Assembly (NCBI GenBank): GCA_020184695.1
Contig: JAANOX010000263.1
Span: forward strand, 1 to 28,498
Direction: 5' to 3'
DNA length: 28,498 bases
DNA from: Histomonas meleagridis 2922-C6/04-290x
Taxonomy: Eukaryota; Protista; Parabasalia
Part shown: piece by piece, positions 8,806 to 18,839 of the stretch
How positions within the stretch are numbered: position 1 is the first letter of the stretch
Layout: each line of letters starts with the position of its first letter
Program-made: the position numbers and the translations under genes
Notes under the pieces: generated by a model
What the model saw: only the letters and a program-made list of their open reading frames with translations
What the model was told of the DNA's origin: nothing
The model's database searches: none

Positions 8806-11104
8806 TTACATAACTGTAAGTAATGTCACTATTTTAGTGTGGCCATTTTCAGAAACATTAATTAAAATAAATCAATGCTTTTGGTATTGAATTTGATTTC
8901 TCTTCTTGCAAGAAGTAATTTAGCTATTTATGTGTTCCCTTTTTCAGAAGTTATCATAAATGCTGTTAAATTTATTTATGTATATTAAATTTTTTAGTTA
9001 AAACATTAAAAAAATAAAAATAAAGTATTTATCATTGATTAATACATGATTTTTATCAAGATAATATTTAATGATATAATATTGATTAGATTCACATGAA
9101 TGCATAAATGAAATTATATTTGTTATTAGGAAATTCCTTAAATTACGAAACAACATCAATACTTTAAAAATTACACAAAATTTTCCAAATTAATATCTTT
9201 CATATAAATATCTGCATCTTTTTTAATGAGAGATTTAACAATTTTTATGTAACCACATGAAGATGCAAACATAATTGTTAACCAAAATAAATTAAATAAT
9301 TTCCAAATATCAGATGAAAATATTTTATTCCTTAAATAAATTTCAAATTTCAATAATTTAAATCTTTAGAATTAATATGAAATTGTTTTCGCTCAAGAAT
9401 TAAACGTACAATATTTTCCAATCCTTTGTTTGATGCAATTCTAAGTGCCTCATCAAACATTTTTATTAAACCATAAATAAAAATCATAAACCCAAAAATC
9501 AATATTACTAACATTTGTATTAATTCCTTCTTTCGTAGTAAATTCAGCAAGTGCATCAATAAGTTCCCCATCATAAATTTCATCATATTCTTGTTCTATT
9601 TTATCTTGATCTGTAATTAAAGGTTTTCCATCATCTTGAATCGCATTTTTATATATAAAATCATTGTATTGAGGTTTTTCTAATCTTTCTGTTATTGTCG
9701 TATATTCAGCAAAATTTTCTATTATATGTTTTTCAACATCACGATTATCACATTTCGTTGGAGCTCCATGAAGTAATCTATGTGAAGCATTCATTTTAAC
9801 AGCTTTATTATTTTGGATACGATCAATTATTGATATATAATTATCTAATGAATGATTACTGATATATTTTATTGACAACATTTATGTTTATCTTAATCAA
9901 GTCAGATGAAGATTTACCATTTGCAACTACTTTAGACATCAAAACTGTTTCTTTTCGAATATTACTTTTTTAATATTGATCTTGAATGTATACTAATTGA
10001 TCTGGAATTTCATAATTATTAATCATAATTTTTAATAAATACCTGATATTGTATCTGTTAAAGTTTCAAATGAAATTTTTCCTATGCTTTTGATTAAGGA
10101 AATTCCAGCATTTTTAACTAAAATCCAAAAGAAATTTGAAATATTAACTCCAATCGTATGACCTTTAGATGCAACAATATCATCAGTATTACATACTGTA
10201 ATAATAAATTTTTCCTTTAAATTTTCATTTCTAATTCTTGTGGCTAATGCATTGCAAACACATAGAGGTGTTCCAATTGTAAATGCTTTAGCATTAATGT
10301 GATCATTAAAACGCAAAAGTGCTGCAGCTATGGCTGCAATCGCTCCTCCACCAGAGTATCCAAAAATATTATTTCTTTGAAGTATTTCTCTTTAAAAACT
10401 CCTTTGAAATGTGAAGTAATATCATCTGCAGCTTTGCTGTAGCCTTTATGCGCTGGACAGCCTTCAATGACTTGACATTCTTGATTTTGCCTGGAGATCA
10501 TGATATCTTTTACTGAAGTAAGATCAGTGCCTTTAATCCATATAAAAATGGATTCATTTCCCCGGAGATCTTTACACGTTACACACCGAAAAATAGGTGT
10601 TATTTGTTCGACTGTGGTTACATCATATTTTTCTGAAACATTAAATGTATATTGATTAGATATTGTAATAACATTACGGGAATCACCTAATATTTTTATT
10701 TTTTTTATATAGTATCATTAGTTCAAGTGAAGATATTGTAGTTGTTATTTTAGGTATTTTCATAGGAGACAGCTGCATTTGCCTGAATTTAATTCTTTTA
10801 TGGGTAATGGAAAAAATGCCAATCAAACATTTCTTAATTGAAACAAAACAGTTATTTAAGTCAAAAACAATCCTGGATTGAATGGATACAACTTTTTGAG
10901 AAATATATGACAGTTTTTGAATGATATGGAACATCATTATACTTATATGATGTTAATGATAAACCCAAAAATATGAAAAAATAAAGTTTGCGTATTCTGA
11001 AATTTTCTCGGAAATATTTAAACAATGGTTTGTACAAATAAAGATAAATATGAATAAAAAATGATTTTAAAGAAAGATACAAACGAAACAAGATTACAAC
11101 TCAT
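8806..11104 (-). pseudogene. Class 3 lipase fused to C-terminal spacer-interrupted ankyrin repeats (locus B); multiply disrupted
   Basis: Stitched frames give IWIKGT, AHKGY, nucleophile elbow GYSGGGAIA, FTIGTP, NTDDIVA and NHSLDNY (His). About five ankyrin repeats follow (EALRIASNKG, TIMFASSCG, SFMHSCESN, TAFMITSEKG, LINVSENGH). Several indels and in-frame TAAs; the 5' end (ATG 11104) is approximate. Confidence 0.7.
9118..9361 (-). other. Two 77-nt spacers (9361-9285, 9194-9118) with 17+3+17+3+17+3+17 register
   Basis: They decode to SKD-E-N-G-W and MKD-C-D-G-I, with GGA exactly at the third embedded codon. Confidence 0.75.
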
Positions 11105-11547
11105 ATTGTTGAGAATTAAATCAATAAATTTTTCTGTCTCAAGAATAAAAGTATCAATTACTCATATAGTATGAATCATTTATTAGTAGTAAAAAAAATT
11201 GGTTTCTATGCACAAGAAACGCTGAAAAGAAATTATCGTACATAAATTAATTTCGTTTTGTTTGATTTTTTGCACAGAAAAATATTATTCAACAAAAACA
11301 AATGGATTTATTTTTGTGTTAAGTAAGTAAATGAAAACCTTGAATTAATTACAATTGTATTAATGTTTCGATTTCATAAACTTTTTCAATATTGATATCA
11401 AAAAACATATTACCACGAAGTAATTTCAATAACTTTTTAACATTAGACATGTGCAATGTGAAGATTTCAAATATGGAATTTTTGCCACTTTTGTTTATAT
11501 GGATCGATAATTCCAAAAGCATCACAACAACAAAACATTTATTTTAA

Positions 11548-12188
11548 ATGGTTGACCTAACATAAAAACCACTTGTAATTAAGGAAATTATTAAAATATC
11601 GCTTGTTGGTTATAACCCTGAGTATATGACTACATTTGCATGTATCTATTTTCAAGGAAACTTCCATGAATTTTGTAAAACAACAATCGGTGTAGACTTT
11701 GGAAGTAAGGAATATCCAATGGGCGACCAAATTCTTGTTGCTCAACTTTGGGATATTGCTGCTCAAGAACGATATGGAAATATGATTCATGTGTATTATC
11801 AAGAATCTGTTGGCGCAGTTATTGTTTTTTTGGTGCTAATCATCCAAATGAACTTGATTTTGTTGAATTGTGGAAAAAAGATATTGAAACAAAAGTATTC
11901 ACGTCAGAAGGTAAACCAATTCTTATACTTTTGGTAGGTTGTTTGAAAGGGGATGTAGATGAAAGATGGAAATCTATGGAAGAAAGATATCGGAAATATA
12001 GTGAAGAAAAAGGATTCATTGGATATTTCACAGTTAATCTCAACACAGGATCAAATGTTGAAGAATCTATTTCCTCACTTGTTAAGTATGTGTATGATAA
12101 TGGTATTCAGCCACAAACTACTGAATATGCAAGGGATCTGCAAGTGACTCCAAAGAATACGAAGCGGGAAGTATGTTATGTACAATAA
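11548..12188 (+). pseudogene. Second Rab32-like paralog, disrupted (in-frame TAA 11563-65, frameshift in T7 run 11825-31); CaaX-like CYVQ end
   Basis: MVDLT*KPLVIKEIIKISLVGYNPEYMT...KTTIGVDFG...WDIAAQERYGNM. ORFs 11626-11937 and 11748-12188 are two frames of one gene, co-linear with 5360-6016. Confidence 0.8.
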
Positions 12189-12494
12189 ACATATTTGTTA
12201 TAAGAAATTTTAGAAGTGGAAGTAATAGTTTTAATCAACAAAAAACAATCTTTTCACGTGAATGTTTTGAATTAACCAATTAATGGCTTATTCTTTTATC
12301 CAGAAGATAATGAACTTATTAAATATTTTAATGTTAAACCACATAATAAATTATTTTGAAGTAATTTATATATTTATAAAAAAAAATTCATGAAAAGAAC
12401 ATATTATTTATTAGAAAGGAATTTTTAATTATTTTTAATCGTTTTTGAATTAAAATATATTTAACGTATTTGGGCTGAAAAGAAAAATGAAACA

Positions 12495-13849
12495 ATGAAG
12501 TCAAGTAATTACAAAAAAGATGAAGAAATAAAACTTGAAAACTTTATCGAAGCACACCAAGATTTTAGACCAGGTGATTTAAGTATTTTAATTTCTAATA
12601 ACTCCAAACAGTTATTTTCGGAAGAAGTTGAAGTTCAATATTCAACGTTAAATTGGTTTCTTTCTGTTATTCAAACACAAAACGTTATGATTACACCAGA
12701 AACATTTCATCGTATTTTAGATTTTTCATTTTCTACAGATTTAACACTTCAAAATAAGTCACTTGAACTTATTCATTTATTATTAAGTTATCCATCTCAT
12801 ATGCTTGACATGTCAATAGCAGAACGAATTATCTTATTAACACGAAGTATTTTTCCAACAGATTCTTCACTTCGTATTCTTTCAAATTTTTTTCACTTTA
12901 TGGTACATGGACACAAACACTTATATATGTTAATGAATTTATTCCATTACTTATTGAATTTGGACGAAATTGTTCATCAGAAACAACATTTTTATATTTT
13001 ACGACACTTTGTAATAATATTTTACTTCCAATTCCAAATATTAATCAACATATTCAAGAAAATTTAAAAGAAATCATTGAACTTTTTAATATTATTTATG
13101 AACATATTTATTTAATTAAAGAAGAAAAATTTCAAAATATTGCATTTTCATTTTTTGAAAATTTTATTGTTTCGAATGAATTTTTTTATTAGAATATTTT
13201 ATTAATAATAATTTTCTTAAAATCTTTTTAGGATTTGATATTAATGATTTTAATATTATTAATCATATTATAATCATAGGACAAGAGATTTTAGAAGGAA
13301 GTCAAAACGGGATTCGATATCTTTTTTCGATTCATTTTTGTTGAATGGATTTCTAAATATCTTGAAAATGAAAATGACGATGGAAAAAAATCATTTTTTT
13401 ATTTTTATCACATATGTGTTTTTCATATGAAGATACGACTGAAATAATTTTTAAAGAATCATTTTATAAACTTGCAGCATCAATAGTTGTTAATGAAGAT
13501 AATAAATTTCGTAATAAAAAAGCAGCATTTGAACTTTTAATTGAATTTTCATCTAAAATTGATGAAATTTCATTTCTTGGAATTTATAGGAAATGGATGT
13601 TTTAAGATATTATTTGAATATGCGGATGTTTTTTGTGAGACAGAACGATATTATTTAATTCGTTCTATTTCAAGAATTATTTCATTTTTAAATAATGAAA
13701 TTGTTCAAGAAACAATTAATGAAATGCGGAACAATGAAAATTTTATTAATTGGCTAACAGAAGGTAAATTTGATAAAGATTTAGAAGCTAGTAGATTATC
13801 ACGTTATGTTTTAGAATCCATTTTTTATTGTTGTAATGAAGAAGAATAA
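12495..13849 (+). pseudogene. Uncharacterised helical (ARM/HEAT-like) protein split by several homopolymer indels
   Basis: ORFs 12495-13067, 13414-13605 and 13541-13849 plus the intervening sequence can be stitched by single-base corrections mostly at T/A runs (~12890, 13185, 13325, 13338, 13388, 13570). The fold call rests on helical amphipathic character only. Confidence 0.45.
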
Positions 13850-13914
13850 AACGATATGAATAAAGTATCCAAAATTAAAAAGTTATTTTTTTAAATTTAA
13901 TTTTTTTATTTCCA

Positions 13915-16900
13915 ATGAAAGAAGGACAAAATGAACAAACACTTACTAAAGAGCATCTTTTAGAATTTGTTTTAAAATCACTTGAAGGCAAAAATTCAAT
14001 TCTTGAAACTTATCCAATTTTATCTTCAAACTTTCCAGAGTATGAACCATCATATCTTTTCAATACTATTATACGACAACAATCATATGTTTTAATTTGT
14101 AATAATCGATTAAATGAAGCATCACGTCTTCTTGAAAGTATAGGAGAATCATCAACAGATTTTTTTTATAATATTTGGCGTCAAACGACACGTAATAATA
14201 CACGAGCAATTCTTTATGATTATCTTCATAAGCGTTCAATACTTACTACTAAAGATGAAGAACATCATCGAATTCTTTTAAAACTTACTACTACATATCC
14301 TAATACCTCATTTTTACGATCATTACAACTTAGTAAATCACCAGCTATTAAATTTCTTGAAAACACTCTTGAAGAAACGCCATATAAAACACTTGAAGAA
14401 CTTTCCAAACATTGTGATGGTTATAACATTACAATTTTTCCGGAACTTTTTCCTATTCCAGATGAACCAATTGTTAATTCGCCATTATATTTTGTTGGAA
14501 GTATTTCACTTATTGAAACACAACATCCGAAAATGCTGAAACTTTTACAAGGAAAAGGTTCACAAGTTGAACGTTATTGGCTTATGCATTGTCAGCATCA
14601 AGTTAATGAAATGACGCAATTATTTCAAGAAGAACTTAATTCTAAAAATAAATTATTACGTACACCTAAATTAAAATGTTTAAAATTTATAAATCTTTAT
14701 TATAAAGATTTAAATGAATATGAACGTGAAACATTTTTAAATTTATTATGTAACAATGGATATTTTTGTGAAGAAGAAATTAATAATTTTGAGTTATTAT
14801 TAATTCGAATTAGTAAAAATAAACATCTTTTTGAACAACAATGGTGGAATAAAAGTACACTTTCATTTTCTAATTTCTTTAAAGAATATTCCAAATATTG
14901 TGGCGAGAAAAAACTTTTTCTTCCATATGAAATGTTTATTCTTTCACATCCGAAAAGTAAAGATATTAATATTAAAGATGTTTCAGATCCGATGATTCAA
15001 TTTATATGGAATTTATGGGTCAAACGCGATATCTCATTAGCGTCACAGTCATGTATGGAAATGTTAACTAATAAAAAAATTAATCAAAATAATTTGATCG
15101 AAATATGGAATAATCTTCCGAAAGATTCATTAGCGCCTTTAGCTTCATTAATATGGAATAAAGATCCAACACTTTTTAAACCTAATTCTAAAGAAATTAA
15201 TGAATTATCAGAACATTTCAAAGATAATTATCCTCTTCTTTCTACATTAATTAAAGGAGAAATTCCACATCCGACAACTAAAGTAATTGACCCACCACAA
15301 AGTAAATGGCGTTCACCAATTTATACATCGAAATTTGACTTAGAAGTCCATGATTTGATTGAAACGCATTTTGAACAATTCGATTTTAATAAAATATTTA
15401 CTAAATATTATGGACAAACATTAAATCAGCCACCATATCCACACTTCGATCATCCAGAGTTAATTAATTCTAAACATGAAGCGCCATATTTTTATTATAT
15501 TAAATCATTATTACCAATTAGTGCATTTCAACAAGCGAATGAAGATAATATTAATGAAAATGAATTTAAAGAAATTTGTAACAAATGTATTACAGAATCA
15601 TTTCAAAATGTTCAAATTCGTTTATCAGTTTTAACATTTATTGAATTATTTGATATTAAATTTAACAAAGATTCATCGATTGATTACAAATTAATTATAA
15701 CAATTTATGATAACTTAAATAATAACAATAACAATAATAATAACAATAACGAAATTATAAATGAACTTTTAAAGATTTATAATGATAAAAATCAAAATAG
15801 TGTTAAAGTAATTCAAAATAAATTTAATGCGGAAAACATTGAACAATTTTTATTAATTACATTATTACGATATCGTTGCAAACTTTCTATTGATTATTCG
15901 CCGATTGTTTACTTTGCGCAACAAAATCGACCAGCGGAAATTCTTTTATTCATTGATCGAAGCAAAGAAATTGGGGTTTTTTATAATAACAATGAAATCT
16001 CAGATATTATCACAAAAGAAATGCCGAATAATCCACTTAAAGATCATCTTTTGTATTATCTTACGCAGAAATTACCGAAATATGAAAAAGAAAATGACGA
16101 AATAACGAATAATGAAAAAGAAGAACCCGCATTAATTATATATAATGCGATTCATCAAAATAAAGAATCGAAATATATTTTATTATTAAAAGAAGCACTT
16201 AAACGGAAAAACAAATTATATTCCATCATTGCATATTCGATTGAAGGATCGAATTCGATAATTTGTTCATTAGTTACACTTATTACAATATCAGAAACAT
16301 TTCAAGTTCAATTTGAAGAAATAAATTTCAACAATCCGAAAGAAAACGTTAAATTATTATTAGAAATCTTTTTAGAATTATTATTAAAACATAAATCAGA
16401 AGAAGTATATAAAACATTAGAAATATTTAGTGAAACGTCAATTTTAACAAATATTTCTAATTGGTATCATTCAGTTGAAATATTTGCATTTAAACAGAAT
16501 TACGTGTAAAACTTGTTGAAGTTATTGAAACGTTTGATGACTTTCGTCAAAGTATTATCAACACAGATTTACTTGGAAGTTATGAACGAATTGTTACAGA
16601 CTTAACATTACATCATTCATTATTACTTGGACAAAAGGCATCGAAATGTTTTGGCATTTCTACATCATTAGTTACCGATGAATATCTTAAATATCAATAT
16701 ACGACAGTTAATACTATTGACGAATTACTTAAAGTTCATAATAAGATCACGAAAACTATACAAAACATTGATCCATATTTTTATATTTCGATGTTTGGAT
16801 TATTACTTTCGTATACACAGCCAATGAATTTAATTGAAATATTAAAATTTTCACTTAAATATTTCAAAGATAATGAAGACAATGAAATCCAAAATAATGT

Positions 16901-18613
16901 TAAATCATTAATAAATCATTTAGAAATATGTGACAAATTTCATAAAGAAGTTCCTGAAGATCGAAACAATAAAATTCAACTTAATAACATCTTAAAAATA
17001 TTATTTCCAACGATATCAAATATTAATGAAATTAAACGCGAAATTACATTTAATATTAAAACTCCAATTTTATATTCAGAAGAATCAATTCAACGATTTC
17101 TTGAGTCTACGATTGACTTAAGTATAAATTATTGTTCAGACCATTTACGAATTACAGATGCGCGAAATCTTTGTAAATGGCGAAATCGAAATTCGCGAAA
17201 TATAATAATTCTAGAGACATTACAAAATATATTTAATGATATGAAACTTACAGACGAACAAACAGAAATTGTTAAAGAATATGGAACAATTGATGACATC
17301 GAAGGACTTTTATCTGAAATATCGAAAGGAAAAGAAAAACGATTTAAAATTATTTATTTAATATATAAAATATCGAATAAATTAAAATGGAACAAAAATG
17401 AAATATTAACTAAAAAGTTATTGATATCCTTAAAAATGAAATTATATTCCAACGAGAAAATTGGGGAATAATCAAAGAAATTCTTCAATTAAGTGATTTA
17501 AGTATCAAAGAAAGCACCGCAGCAATTGTCGAAACATTTATTATTAAAACGCCGAATTTATTAACAGAAGAATTCCAAGAAACATTCATTGAATTTAGTA
17601 ACTTAAGTGGCGATCAAGAAACATTTGGTGAAATATTATTTAATAAGACGCGAAAGATGAAACATGACGAAGAAAACATATCGAATGTTATAAACAATTA
17701 TCTTCATTCATCGATATGCACCATGAAAAACATTGATGGATGTTCAGAGATATTAAATAATTATTATAATATATTAACGAAAGATAATAACAATTTCGAA
17801 CTTATTCATAAAATGATAATAATATTTCCGAAGCCAGAACTATTAATTAAATATATCCAATATATAATAATGAATAATCAAATCGATTTATTAATACAAG
17901 AAAACAATTTAACAAAAGACATTTGTCATTTGATAATAAATTGTTATCGACACATGCGCCAAATTTGCGAACCACAAAAATTGTTTGACTTAACACTTAA
18001 ATTTCATCTTTATCGCGCGCACGGTGAATTACAAATGGAATATGCCGATTCGCTGTTAAGCAATAACACGAACAAAGCGCAGCTTCAAGAAGCGTCGAAA
18101 CATTATTTACTTTCGCTTTCGTATTTCTTACATGAGAAATGTTATAGTCTTTCGATGCGATGTCTGAAGAAACTTTCGCTTATATCACTTCAAGAAGTGA
18201 ATGAAAATAATTTAATAAATCTTCAGCAGAAAGAAGTCTTCGATTTGATGTGTACAAACGATTTTTCATGTTCAGTTATACTTGGAATTGCATATGATAT
18301 GGACAACGAAGAAATTTGGGGAAAAGTAATATTCAGACAATGCATCATGAACGGCAACGAAGAGTTTCTGAGTAACTTCCAATTGTTTAAGCCAATTACG
18401 TCGAATTTATGTATATCAGTTGCAAAGGAATATCAAAAAGAACAAAACAAAGAAATCGCAAAAGAAAAAATGAAACAATTTTTGTTGAATATATCAAATT
18501 TGATCGAAAGATATAAAATTGCAAAAGAATTACATTTTAATGATATCATAGAAACAATGAAATCGACATATCCGGTGGTATGCGAATGGTGTGAAAAAAT
18601 ATTGGAATATTAA
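13915..18613 (+). CDS. SPG11: Spatacsin (SPG11) homolog, about 1566 aa, split by two 1-nt deficits (~16492, ~17465)
   Basis: The three ORFs (13915-16509, 16791-17471, 17657-18613) join into one frame with two single-base additions, and the gaps are open in the downstream frame. The C-terminal region (LSYFLHEKCYSLSMRCLKKLSLISLQ; WGKVIFRQCIMNGNEEFLSNF) resembles the spatacsin C-terminal domain. Confidence 0.75.
15718..15750 (+). repeat. AAT/AAC microsatellite encoding poly-Asn (11 residues)
   Basis: aat aat aac aat aac aat aat aat aac aat aac, in frame in the SPG11-like ORF. Confidence 0.9.
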
Positions 18614-18839
18614 AAATGAATTTGTATTTTATTTTGTTTTTTTGAAATATTTTCGTTTTATTTTCAAATCGTTTCTATTAACGTTAAATGTTTATATTGC
18701 AAAATGTAAATATAATACTGATGATTAAATATTTTTTGTTAGAGTAATTTTAGGGCACCTGTAAAAGAACTTTTTTATTTTTGTTGTAAAGTATTTAAAT
18801 GTAATTTAGATTTCAAAAGAAACAAAGGATCACAACCAA

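Noticed and set aside
8960-9030. Decoding of the remaining locus B spacers (about 61 nt here, about 49 nt at 9455-9503)
   Set aside because: Lengths do not fit 17+20n and no in-register Gly is present, so they are not counted as support for the model.
8928-11565. TAA stop-codon reassignment suggested by in-frame TAAs at 8928-30, 9970-72 and 11563-65
   Set aside because: All lie in otherwise damaged genes, and intact genes in the window (ABCA, Rab, TRM2, membrane protein) terminate at TAA.
16489-16495. TTTAAAC as a -1 programmed frameshift heptamer in SPG11
   Set aside because: It is in the wrong phase (zero frame reads TTT AAA, not TTA AAC); a homopolymer error is simpler.
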